Positions 9,738 to 18,885 of a stretch of DNA of 64,000 nt are shown here, piece by piece. The stretch is from the NCBI GenBank assembly GCA_000002435.2, contig CM018793.1. One strand, written 5' to 3'. This DNA comes from Giardia intestinalis (lineage: Eukaryota). A program made the position numbers and the translations under genes. How positions within the stretch are numbered: the stretch's first letter is position 1; each line of letters opens with the position of its first letter. The notes under the pieces are model-generated. The model was not told where the DNA came from, ran no database searches, and saw only the letters and a list, made by a program, of their open reading frames with translations.

Positions 9738-11543
9738 ATGGGCAAGCACCGCACAGCACGAAAATTCACCGGTGCCCAAAAGCTGGACAAAAATAGCGGA
9801 CTCGGGCATGCACTAGAGAATGCAAGACAACGAGATAAGCGGGAACAGCAGGCACACATGCAATCTGCAAATCCCGCTGCTGAAACGTTCAAGCAAATTC
9901 ATGGGCCCACTATTCGCAGTGTTGTCGAAGAATGCGATCTGGAAGCTATCATAGCCCGAGCTGTTGCCGAAGGCCGAGAGTTCACTATGAAGCAGGAAGC
10001 TACACTCTTGCACGAACAGAACTTCCAGGCTGAACTGCAAGTTTCCCCCACAACCTCTCAGCTTTCGTATATCGCCACACGAAAAAATCTGTTGCGCATA
10101 CCACGTCGCCCGGCCTGGTGCGTCGGTATGTCTAAAGAGGAGCTGCAGTCTCGCGAGCAAGAAGCCTTTTACATTTGGCGTTCAGAGCTTGCGAAACTTG
10201 AGCAGGAGCGAGTTGTTACGGTCACCCCTTTTGAGAAAAATCTTGATATTTGGCGACAGCTTTGGCGTGTTGTGGAGCGGTCCGATATTCTATTTCAGGT
10301 TGTTGATTGTAGGAACCCTTTGTTGTTCCGCTCGTCAGACCTTGTGCAGTACATGAAGGAGATTGGGTTGCGGCAGAAAACATATAAGAGGAGTGTTTTG
10401 CTTTTAAATAAGGCAGACCTTGTTCCTCTAGAAGCAAGAAAGATATGGACGCAGTATTTTGCAGCAAATCGTATTGAGCACGTATACTTTTCCGCTCTTC
10501 GTGAGGAAGCCCTCATCAAGCTTATAGCATACCAGATAAATAAGCATGAACGAGACCTCAAAGAGCAGGAGGCTCTTATTAGAGCGGGAGTTTGTAGCTA
10601 TAAGGACGCAGTGCAGCGGCTTGAAAACGACCTCGAAGAAGACGTGCCATCCGAGAATTCTGTAGCAGATATCTCTGAGAAAGAAGAGGCTGATCTTCCC
10701 GACCACGACGCAGATCAGCCACGAAAGAAAAAAGGGAAGCGAGTAAAGCCCGTCTCTGAGGACGTATTAGAGAGGATCAAACTGGAGTATGACCTCATCA
10801 TTAGTCGCGACGATACCGATGAGCCTCTTCCCTTTAAATATCTTGATACTGGTGCCGGGATATCATCTCCCGCTGATCTCAACTTACTAAAGTCCTCTAG
10901 AATACTCACGCGTGACGAGCTTATTGTGGTAATAAATTTACTCTCAGAGGAGGTTCGAAGGGAGGGGGTTAGGCTAAACTGTGCAAAAAGAGACTCTGAT
11001 ACCATCACAATCGGAATGGCTGGATACCCCAACGTGGGAAAGTCCAGCCTGATTAATGTCATTGCAATTGAGACAGGCGTAAGGACCGCTGTAGCGGCAA
11101 CGCCCGGGAAAACTAAGCATTTCCAAACTATCGTCTTGAGCCCGACCATCACGCTTTGCGATTGCCCTGGATTGATTTTCCCATCATTCACGCACTGTCG
11201 TAGCGATCTGCTCTGCAATGGCATCCTATCAATAGACAACGAAAGGGATTACATGGCACCGATCAGATTGGTCGCAGCGAGAATACCCAAGCGCGTCTTT
11301 GAAAAGGTGTATAATGTACAAATCAAAGATGTGGATAAGTTTAGCGTCGCCCAGCTACCGGTCGGCGTCAATCCTGCAGAGGTGTACGCCACAGCCGAGC
11401 AGATATGTGATGCCCTGGCCTTGCGCCATGGGTACATGCAGTCTTACGGCGGGACTGACCGTGCCCGTATAGCAAGAATCATACTAAAAGACATGCTAAA
11501 AGGGAAGTTAGTCTGGATTTCTCTTCCCAGTGCAGCTCCGTGA
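9738..11543 (+). CDS. LSG1: Large-subunit GTPase 1 (LSG1), circularly permuted GTPase for 60S export/maturation
   Basis: ATG at 9738. IPRRPAWCVGMSKEELQSREQEAFYIWR...TPFEKNLDIWRQLWRVVERSDILFQVVDCRNPLLFRSSDL matches the Lsg1 signature region. G4 (LLLNKADL) precedes G1 (GMAGYPNVGKSSLIN), which is the permuted order typical of the YlqF/Lsg1 family. Confidence 0.85.
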   Translation: MGKHRTARKFTGAQKLDKNSGLGHALENARQRDKREQQAHMQSANPAAETFKQIHGPTIRSVVEECDLEAIIARAVAEGREFTMKQEATLLHEQNFQAELQVSPTTSQLSYIATRKNLLRIPRRPAWCVGMSKEELQSREQEAFYIWRSELAKLEQERVVTVTPFEKNLDIWRQLWRVVERSDILFQVVDCRNPLLFRSSDLVQYMKEIGLRQKTYKRSVLLLNKADLVPLEARKIWTQYFAANRIEHVYFSALREEALIKLIAYQINKHERDLKEQEALIRAGVCSYKDAVQRLENDLEEDVPSENSVADISEKEEADLPDHDADQPRKKKGKRVKPVSEDVLERIKLEYDLIISRDDTDEPLPFKYLDTGAGISSPADLNLLKSSRILTRDELIVVINLLSEEVRREGVRLNCAKRDSDTITIGMAGYPNVGKSSLINVIAIETGVRTAVAATPGKTKHFQTIVLSPTITLCDCPGLIFPSFTHCRSDLLCNGILSIDNERDYMAPIRLVAARIPKRVFEKVYNVQIKDVDKFSVAQLPVGVNPAEVYATAEQICDALALRHGYMQSYGGTDRARIARIILKDMLKGKLVWISLPSAAP

Positions 11544-11566
11544 TAGAGACCATCCACGCTGCTAGG

Positions 11567-13387
11567 TTATGTGGCTGGTTTAATAACCATGCCTGTAGCC
11601 AATGGATCACAAAGAGAACTCTTGTACATCGATAAAGATGATTGCTCGCCAAGCACATTTGTTGATAGAGAATTGCGGGAACTTTTCCTTAGCGGCTTGA
11701 CTGCAAGTGACCTAGACCTTGCCGGCTCGGAGGGTTTCTTCTGGGATGTGGTTCGTGAAATTTCAGTACTTGGGCGACTGGAGAGGGGAAGGCCTGTGAC
11801 GCTGAGAGTATCCTTGTCAATAGTGATTCCGGGCAGCTGATCCTCGAAATGGAGTTTGCGGGCAGCCTGTTTTTCAGAAGAGTTTTTCGGTAGGTGGGCC
11901 GCTTGCAGCTGTTTAGGGGCCAGTTTGGATCCCCTGACCCACTCACTGAGATACGGGGTTTTGCATGCGATACAATAATCTGGAAACATTTTAAGTTTAT
12001 AATCAGATAACTCACAAGATTCCTGTCTATCTAAAGTGGTAAACACAGCTTCTGGTTTGCATAAGAGGGACCCTAGTATCGCGCATAGTTTGTGGACTGC
12101 ATGCGTGCATGGAGTGTCCAGGTACACATTTCTTCCTTCTAGCTCCTGCAAGGAAGCATTGGAAACGAGCTGCTCCCCTTGCTCAAGTAGCAGGGTAGCC
12201 ATAGAGTCGAAGTTGAGACGCACAGCAGGCTTATCGTTAGCATTGTTCTCTACTGTTACACTTGGTAGGTGACAATCTCTTTTTGTCAGAAGATTAGAGA
12301 GTGTAGGATAATAATGCCCACAAAGGAAACAGGCACAGCCTTCTGTGTCATGCGCAATATCCTTGCATGCTTTCTGCTTAAAACAATCCCATACAAGGTA
12401 GGAAGGAAATCGTTGGGGCTTCTTGCTTACATCCATCGTGTATGGATTTTCAAGTTCGAGCAGGAGATGATAATCCTCGGAGGTGATCTCACGGTATTGC
12501 ATGGACGCAAAGCGCCTGTATAGTGCAAGGGAGCGCTCCCTGGCGGCATTAGGGTCTTCATGCTTAGTTCGAATCAGTATTCGCCTATTCTTCTTTTTGT
12601 ACATCCCGGAGGTCAATGTGATAAAGCAAGCGGAGCAGTATTGCTCGGGTCCGAACACACGCTTTATCCCTGCTGACTCTAATTTGATTTCGCACCGTGA
12701 GCACACTTTTGAAGATTTCTCAGTCTTCACAGCCTTTTCAGCGCTAGACCCTGTTGATGGATAGTACTTTCGCCCATCCTCGTATGGAGATCTGCAGTAT
12801 GGACATACTTCCTTTGCTTTTGTTTGCCGAGCGTGTTGATGAAAGAGCTGAATACATCGTGAATGAAGCGAGTTGCCGCAGTTAGAGCAAAATGGCAATA
12901 CTGCATAGTTAATTTCCTCTTCATCACTTTCCATAAACCCGTCTAGACAAATGGGACAGGAGTCTAACTCTGTTATAGGGTTCCGTGACCGTGTGAGCCG
13001 CGGAACAGCCGCGGTTTGCTGTGCCTGCTGGTCTTCTGCTGGTGTTTGGTGCGTTGGACGATGGACCTTCTTAGCAGCAAGATGCCGCAGTTGCAGCAGA
13101 GACTCGATATCTGCATTTGTAAGGGATGTTTGTGCAGTCCACAGGTGATCGGGGGGCAGGTGGTACTTCCGTTGCAACAGGAACGAAATATGTATACAAT
13201 AATTAGCGTGGGAGCCGCTTTCGCATGAACAGACATGGGGAGATCCCAGCGAGACCTTCACTGTGCTATCATCGTCGCGCCCCCTCAACACAAACACAAG
13301 AGGGCCCGGCTGGGCAATGATATAGAAGTGCGCCGTCTGAGCCGCTTCAATGACAGATGCTATCCACGCGGGGGTCTTTACCTTCAT
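11567..13387 (-). CDS. SWIM zinc-finger plus RING-finger protein, putative E3 ubiquitin ligase (ZSWIM2/MEX-like architecture)
   Basis: ATG at 13387. The N-terminal SWIM motif is HVCSCESGSHANYCIHISFLL (CxCx(n)CxH). A RING-H2-like segment follows: CPICLDGFMESDEEE...CSNCGNSLHSRC...CPYCRSPY. A second Cys/His cluster (CTHAVHKLC...YCIACKTPY) sits near the C-terminus. Confidence 0.6.
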   Translation of the reverse strand: MKVKTPAWIASVIEAAQTAHFYIIAQPGPLVFVLRGRDDDSTVKVSLGSPHVCSCESGSHANYCIHISFLLQRKYHLPPDHLWTAQTSLTNADIESLLQLRHLAAKKVHRPTHQTPAEDQQAQQTAAVPRLTRSRNPITELDSCPICLDGFMESDEEEINYAVLPFCSNCGNSLHSRCIQLFHQHARQTKAKEVCPYCRSPYEDGRKYYPSTGSSAEKAVKTEKSSKVCSRCEIKLESAGIKRVFGPEQYCSACFITLTSGMYKKKNRRILIRTKHEDPNAARERSLALYRRFASMQYREITSEDYHLLLELENPYTMDVSKKPQRFPSYLVWDCFKQKACKDIAHDTEGCACFLCGHYYPTLSNLLTKRDCHLPSVTVENNANDKPAVRLNFDSMATLLLEQGEQLVSNASLQELEGRNVYLDTPCTHAVHKLCAILGSLLCKPEAVFTTLDRQESCELSDYKLKMFPDYCIACKTPYLSEWVRGSKLAPKQLQAAHLPKNSSEKQAARKLHFEDQLPGITIDKDTLSVTGLPLSSRPSTEISRTTSQKKPSEPARSRSLAVKPLRKSSRNSLSTNVLGEQSSLSMYKSSLCDPLATGMVIKPAT

Positions 13388-13540
13388 CTGATGTTCTGTC
13401 CCAGCTGGGTTTGGCGAGATGCCTTGGATTCAAGATTATAGTTTATATTGCCACGTTTACAGAAAAAGTTGTCAAGGAGGTGATAGCCGTAAAATAAATT
13501 AAATCGAAATTAAAACTTTAACCCAGGAACCGAGAGTAGC

Positions 13541-14221
13541 ATGTCTGACCCAATCAGCTTCAAGGTAATTTTGGTGGGCGACGGGGCCACTGGGAAGACA
13601 ACGTTTGTAACGAGGCACATAACGGGCGAATTTCGAAAGCAGTACATTTCAACGATTGGGGTTGAGATTCGACAGCTTCCCTTCTACGTGGCCGGTCAGT
13701 CCTGTCCCAACGGGCGCGAGGTCCTGCTGAATGTGCACGACACTGCAGGGCAGGAGAAATTCGGCGGCCTCCGCGACGGCTACTATGTCGACTCTGATGC
13801 ATGCCTTCTCTTCTTCGATGTCACCAACAGAGTTACCTACAAGAACGTGGAGAGCTGGTACAGGGATGTCTTCCGCATCTGCCCCACCCGTCGCGACGCG
13901 AGCACGGGAGAGGAGAAGCCTCTGGCAATCGTCCTCGTCGGAAACAAGTGCGATGTCAAGGACAGAGAGATCCGCACCCAGACAGTTAAGTTCCACCGCT
14001 CAAAGAACATCCCCTATGTGGAAATTTCAGCAAAGGATAACTTTAACTATGAGCTTCCGATTCTGAGCATCCTTCGCACCCTCCTGAATGACCCAACGAT
14101 CCAGTTCTCCCAGGCACCTGCTCTCCTGCCAGCCGACATTGGTATGGACGCCGCCACCCGAGAGCAGATTAACAAGGATCTCGAGGCCGTCAATAATGTG
14201 CCTCTTCCCGACGATGATTGA
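13541..14221 (+). CDS. RAN: GTP-binding nuclear protein Ran
   Basis: ATG at 13541. FKVILVGDGATGKTTFVTRHITGEFRKQYISTIGVEI...DTAGQEKFGGLRDGYY...LVGNKCDVKDR...EISAKDNFNYE matches the Ran G1-G5 motifs and effector loop. The protein has an acidic PDDD C-terminus. Confidence 0.9.
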   Translation: MSDPISFKVILVGDGATGKTTFVTRHITGEFRKQYISTIGVEIRQLPFYVAGQSCPNGREVLLNVHDTAGQEKFGGLRDGYYVDSDACLLFFDVTNRVTYKNVESWYRDVFRICPTRRDASTGEEKPLAIVLVGNKCDVKDREIRTQTVKFHRSKNIPYVEISAKDNFNYELPILSILRTLLNDPTIQFSQAPALLPADIGMDAATREQINKDLEAVNNVPLPDDD

Positions 14222-14329
14222 GCAGGCCTTTGATGACTGCTTTTTCTGCCGCGTTGTTTCGACCGTCCTGGACTTCCACCTGCAGGTAGTAAATGCGCTA
14301 TCTTTCGGGCTAAGAAAATAAATCGGTGG

Positions 14330-16294
14330 ATGGCGGCGGGACCGACTCTTATCTCTCCACTGCGCTACACCGGCATAACTCCACTTGCAACTGACTTTCT
14401 GGGGATAAGCTATAAGGCGCAGCGTGATGAAGACGGCGCTCTTCTAGCGGTTCGTTACATCTCTGCAAAGGATGCAGAGGCTTGTGGTCACAGTCTCTCC
14501 TCTCTCTATGACTTGTACAAGGCACTGTCTTCTTCGCTGCTCCTCACAAAGAGCAATCTTGAGGCGGATGAAACGGGTGAGTGCCTTTTGACTTCCCTCC
14601 CACCCTTATATAGATGTTACCTGGAGAATGACTACCTTATCGTAGAACAGGGGCTAGCAAGCACGCGGTCTCTTTCGCAATACATCCGACGTCATAAAAA
14701 TTCCGGCGTTTCATTTCACGAGTCTGTGCTCTGGAAGGTTGCATCGCAGTTGCTCAAAGCACTGGTAGATTTGTATGCCATTGATCCACGAGTTTCATTA
14801 GGGCTACTGCTGTCATTGGGCGCAGATACCATTTCTGTCTATGCTGGATTCCAGCTGCAATTGGGGTTTGGCCTGCCATACACCGCCACAGCCATTGGGT
14901 CATCAAGGCCATCTACGGGTGCTTCTTATATCTCTTCTGTGGCAACCTTTCTTACAGCTCAGGACGATGTATGGCGCGTCTTGCAAGTACTTAATGCAAT
15001 GAGCCTTCTTGATCTTCGTGCGGGCAGTGAAATGCAGGCTTGCGCCAAGTATTCTCAGCAGTGGAGTAGCTTTCTAGCACGGCTGAGACAGGAGGCTGTT
15101 GATCCTAAGCTGGAAGGTATTTCCATTCTCGCCGACGAGGCTAATGCTGCAGCAGAGTCAACGCTACAGTTATATAAAGAAACAAATGCGCTGTTTCGTG
15201 AAATAAAAGGAAATAACTATGCTGTGATTGATGCTATTCTTCAGCAGAACTCGCATAGAACAGACTTTTTAGAGACCCCCAATGCCCTCGGCGAGACGGC
15301 CCTGGATTTGGCCGCTGCACATAACAATGCAACCATCATGGCGCTACTTTGTCGCTTTGTCCGCACTCACCGGTGCAAGGTCTGGATGACACCCTGTAGG
15401 ATAGACTCAGTTACCCCGCCGTCTCCAGGCCTTGTTACGTTGCATGCAGCTGCTGGGTGCAGTGATCGTACTAATGTTGAGGTGTTCGGTGGCCACAGCC
15501 GGCAAGTTATGAGAGACAATCCTTTTCGCACGTCTCTCGCTGCCATGCTTGCAGGTGAGTGCCACGATAATCTGGAACTGCTCCTTTGTGAAGTTGGCGT
15601 CTTTCTAAATAAGCACATCAGCCACCTATCTCTCTGTGCTATGAGTAGCAGCTCCCGTGGGGCCGGTGCAGACTGGTTTATTCCGGAGGTAGGGATCAAC
15701 GGATTCACTAACCTGATGCTCTACGCGGCCATTGGAGATGCAAGGTCTGTGTCTCATTACTTACACGAGGCCAAGGAGCAGACCACTATGGGTTACACTG
15801 CTCTCATGCTTGCTGCCTCCAATGGACACTTAGCCTGTGTCGATCTGCTTCTCAAGGAAGCCCGCGCAACCGACAATTATGGCTGGACAGCTCTCATGAT
15901 GGCGGCAGATAGCGGGCATGCTGATTGTGTTAGAAGTCTTCTTCCCTATGAAAAAGGTATAGTAAGAAGGGGAAACATGACACCTCTGATGTTTGCCGCT
16001 CAGGAGGGTCATGTAGAATGCGTACGCCTGCTTCTGGAAGACAAGGATAATCTTAACGCATTTACAGACGTGGAGTATGGCGGAGGAGAGGGAATCAATG
16101 CCCTTGTTATGGCTGCATGGAGTGGGCACTTGGAGTGTGTAAAACTCCTGAAGCCGTATCTGGGCAACTCTAGAAATCCTGCCGGCCAGTCACCTCTTGA
16201 GGTGCTCCAGGCATCTCGCGCTTCCCAGGAGGAAAACCTCTCTGAAAAGATGCTTGCTGTGCAGGCATGCATTGAATATCTGTTTACAGAATAG
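14330..16294 (+). CDS. Ankyrin-repeat protein of the Giardia 'protein 21.1'/NEK-associated type; degenerate kinase-like N-terminal region plus C-terminal ANK repeats
   Basis: ATG at 14330. The C-terminal half has repeated GxTALMxAAxxGHxxCVxLLL ankyrin units (GYTALMLAASNGHLACVDLLL, GWTALMMAADSGHADCVRSLL, MTPLMFAAQEGHVECVRLLL, NALVMAAWSGHLECVKLL). The N-terminal 350 aa lacks the GxGxxG/HRD catalytic motifs. Confidence 0.7.
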   Translation: MAAGPTLISPLRYTGITPLATDFLGISYKAQRDEDGALLAVRYISAKDAEACGHSLSSLYDLYKALSSSLLLTKSNLEADETGECLLTSLPPLYRCYLENDYLIVEQGLASTRSLSQYIRRHKNSGVSFHESVLWKVASQLLKALVDLYAIDPRVSLGLLLSLGADTISVYAGFQLQLGFGLPYTATAIGSSRPSTGASYISSVATFLTAQDDVWRVLQVLNAMSLLDLRAGSEMQACAKYSQQWSSFLARLRQEAVDPKLEGISILADEANAAAESTLQLYKETNALFREIKGNNYAVIDAILQQNSHRTDFLETPNALGETALDLAAAHNNATIMALLCRFVRTHRCKVWMTPCRIDSVTPPSPGLVTLHAAAGCSDRTNVEVFGGHSRQVMRDNPFRTSLAAMLAGECHDNLELLLCEVGVFLNKHISHLSLCAMSSSSRGAGADWFIPEVGINGFTNLMLYAAIGDARSVSHYLHEAKEQTTMGYTALMLAASNGHLACVDLLLKEARATDNYGWTALMMAADSGHADCVRSLLPYEKGIVRRGNMTPLMFAAQEGHVECVRLLLEDKDNLNAFTDVEYGGGEGINALVMAAWSGHLECVKLLKPYLGNSRNPAGQSPLEVLQASRASQEENLSEKMLAVQACIEYLFTE

Positions 16295-16327
16295 ATAGAC
16301 GCACTAGGAAAGAAAGCGACCAGCAGA

Positions 16328-17410
16328 TCACTCGTCTTCCTTTAGACTCTTGGAGCGGATCTCCTTCTTTTTCCTGAGAATCTCAGAGTAAAGTAAATCA
16401 CGATACTCGCTAACGCTCCTCTTATCATCGTCGTCTATACTTATCTTAATAGGGCCAGGGGCACTGGGCTCCGTAGCAGGATCATGGAACTTTGACAGGT
16501 AAGGGTGCTCCAGGGCTTGCTCTGCGGTCAGTCGCTTGTTGGGATTGAACTGGAGTAGCTTCTTGAGAAGGTCCAAAGCATCAGCAGGGGCATTGGGGTA
16601 GATCTCCGAGAGAGCCTTTCCAGTCTTTGGTTGAAGGCTGTCCAGCATCATGGACGCAAACGGAGACTCGGTCGCCTCAATGTCTTCCGGTGTCGGCCTT
16701 CCAGTGACCTCCATTATCTTGTCAAGCTGGTTCATGGTAGACGATCCTGGAAACATGGGAGACCCTCCAAGCATCTCCCCAAGGATGCAGCCGATAGCCC
16801 ACATGTCGACGCCCTTCGTATACCTTGTACAACCCAGAAGAATCTCGGGGGACCTGTACCAGCGCGTTGCAACATAGTCAGTAAGAATTGGGTTGGTCGC
16901 AGAGCTTGGCTCAGAAAGCGCAGCAATCGACCTTGCTAAGCCGAAATCCGCCATCTTCATGTGGCACTCAGAGTTGAGTAGGAGGTTAGAAGGCTTAAGA
17001 TCACGATGGAGTATCTCGGCAGAGTGAAGGTACTTGAGCGCCTTAACACACTGATAGATTATGTAGCGCTTGTGAATGTCCTCGAGGATATTGGACTTGA
17101 TCACCTGGTGCAGATCACTGTCCAGAAACTCAAATACCAGGTAGATGTCTTTGTCGTTCTCGGCCTTCAGCACGTTGAAGAGACGAATTATGTTATCGTG
17201 ATCTAGCTCCTGGAGGAACATTATCTCACGGAAGGTGCGCTGGGCATCGGTGTCGTTTTGGAAGGCTTGAAATATCTTCTTTAGGGCTACGGTCTCGTTA
17301 GTTTTCCTGTTCACCGCCTTCCAGACAACCCCATAGGCCCCCTTCCCGACGCGGTGGATTATCTCATATTTGCGGAGGACGTGGCGGTCTATCGATTCGT
17401 CGTCAGACAT
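16328..17410 (-). CDS. Mitogen-activated protein kinase, ERK7/ERK8 (MAPK15)-like, TDY activation-loop motif
   Basis: ATG at 17410. GKGAYGVVWKA...VALKKIFQAFQNDTDAQRTFREIMFLQE...IYLVFEFLDSDLH...HRDLKPSNLLL...MADFGLARS...LTDYVATRWYRSPE is near-collinear with human MAPK15 (GQGAYGIVWKA...IFDAFRDKTDAQRTFREI...DIYLVFEFMDTDL). Confidence 0.85.
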   Translation of the reverse strand: MSDDESIDRHVLRKYEIIHRVGKGAYGVVWKAVNRKTNETVALKKIFQAFQNDTDAQRTFREIMFLQELDHDNIIRLFNVLKAENDKDIYLVFEFLDSDLHQVIKSNILEDIHKRYIIYQCVKALKYLHSAEILHRDLKPSNLLLNSECHMKMADFGLARSIAALSEPSSATNPILTDYVATRWYRSPEILLGCTRYTKGVDMWAIGCILGEMLGGSPMFPGSSTMNQLDKIMEVTGRPTPEDIEATESPFASMMLDSLQPKTGKALSEIYPNAPADALDLLKKLLQFNPNKRLTAEQALEHPYLSKFHDPATEPSAPGPIKISIDDDDKRSVSEYRDLLYSEILRKKKEIRSKSLKEDE

Positions 17411-17529
17411 TTAAATTTGTCCGGCTTGAAATTCTAAAACACAGGATGCATGTTATATTAAACGAGGATTAATTTTATAAAAACTTGTCATTTATTAAAA
17501 CCTGGTGGGCGCAAAATCAGGTTGAAAAA

Positions 17530-17850
17530 ATGGCTACTCAGGCAGCGAGTCTCCAGACGTACAACAATGACCTAGTCAAACTCATAGAGTCTCTGAAGGA
17601 GGCGAAGGCTACGCTTGACCGAGAGATCCACAGCCACCAGGAGGACAAATCAAAGATCGAGCGTGATTTAGCTGCATTGCAGAACCGCTATAAAGAGCTT
17701 GATGCAGCCCTCATCCAAAAGACCCAGGCCCGTGCAGAATACGAGAAGACCATTCGTGAATCTGAATTAGCATACAATAGCATTATCGAGTCTGCAAAGA
17801 AGCTGACAGGCATCTTAAAGGATAGAGCGGGTAACATTATCAGCAACTGA
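17530..17850 (+). CDS. Small coiled-coil protein (106 aa), hypothetical
   Basis: The ORF track start at 17485 is TTG. The first ATG at 17530 has an A-rich leader (gttgaaaaaATGg). Heptad-like charged sequence continues to the stop at 17848-17850. No homology recognised. Confidence 0.35.
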   Translation: MATQAASLQTYNNDLVKLIESLKEAKATLDREIHSHQEDKSKIERDLAALQNRYKELDAALIQKTQARAEYEKTIRESELAYNSIIESAKKLTGILKDRAGNIISN

Positions 17851-17965
17851 GACCGGCTGGGCCCTTCTTTCAGTAAATTGTTGCAGGTTTCTCAGAACAA
17901 CTGACTACGTTGAGGGGCTCTTGGAAGGGTACAGAAGACAGCCAGCTCTCCAAAAAACATTTCCA

Positions 17966-18850
17966 ATGCTACCTACTGGCGAGGTCGTGCAGTTCAACAG
18001 GAGAACACCTTTTCTTCATCAGCGCCCCGAACGGGAATATGTCCCAATCTCGCAGTGGGATGCCCTTGTCGTACCCCCCAATGGAGAGCACCCAAAGGCA
18101 TTCATGAAGCGTATTTCCGCTGCCTCGGAGACTGGAGATAACCTGTCTGAGTCGTTAATTAGAACACATGGATCGGGAGATATTGTGAGACGATTTCATC
18201 CCAATCACGGCACCACCACTATCGCGTTTTGTTTCCGTGGAGGCATTCTCTTGGCTGTAGATTCTCGATCCACGCAGGGCCAGTTTGTATCAAGTGGCGT
18301 TGTCCAGAAGGTCATCGAGATTACCCCGCATATCCTTGGCACCATCGCCGGTGTTGCTGGAGATTGCCAGTTCTGGGAGCGCGATCTCGGGAGAAAGTGT
18401 AGGTTGTACGAGCTTGAAAATGGCGAACGGATCTATGCGTCGTCTGCATCAAAGCTCTTTATCAGCACCCTTCATTCTCAGAGCGGTGCTGACATGTCTG
18501 TCGGCGCAATGATCAGTGGATTTGATTCCACAAACCACCCGTGCATATACTATTGTGATAGTGAAGGAACGCGCATAGGCGGGTACCTCTATGGCGCTGG
18601 CTCCGGGTCGACGTTTGCCTTTGGGATCGTGGACACGGAGTACGACTTTGAAATGACAGAAGAGCAGGCGATAGCTTTGGGGAAGAAGGCAATCTACCAC
18701 GCAGTATCCAGAGATGCGATGTCTGGAGGCATGCTCAACGTTTATGTGATCAGACCCGGCGGCTGGGAGCACGTGCTGGCCATGGATAACTATGAATACT
18801 ACAGAGCAATGCATCCAGACGCGCCGGCACTCCCTCCACCTCCACAGTAG
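17966..18850 (+). CDS. PSMB5: Proteasome subunit beta type-5 (catalytic, Thr1 after propeptide)
   Basis: The ORF track start at 17921 is TTG. The first ATG at 17966 has an A-rich leader. HG|TTTIAFCFRGGILLAVDSRSTQGQFVSSGVVQKVIEI...LGTIAGVAGDCQFWERDLGRKCRLYELENGERI matches PSMB5 ([25 protein letters not shown]...[20 protein letters not shown]). Confidence 0.85.
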   Translation: MLPTGEVVQFNRRTPFLHQRPEREYVPISQWDALVVPPNGEHPKAFMKRISAASETGDNLSESLIRTHGSGDIVRRFHPNHGTTTIAFCFRGGILLAVDSRSTQGQFVSSGVVQKVIEITPHILGTIAGVAGDCQFWERDLGRKCRLYELENGERIYASSASKLFISTLHSQSGADMSVGAMISGFDSTNHPCIYYCDSEGTRIGGYLYGAGSGSTFAFGIVDTEYDFEMTEEQAIALGKKAIYHAVSRDAMSGGMLNVYVIRPGGWEHVLAMDNYEYYRAMHPDAPALPPPPQ

Positions 18851-18885
18851 ATTCACTTAGTAAACTACGCGAGCCAAAATTTCCA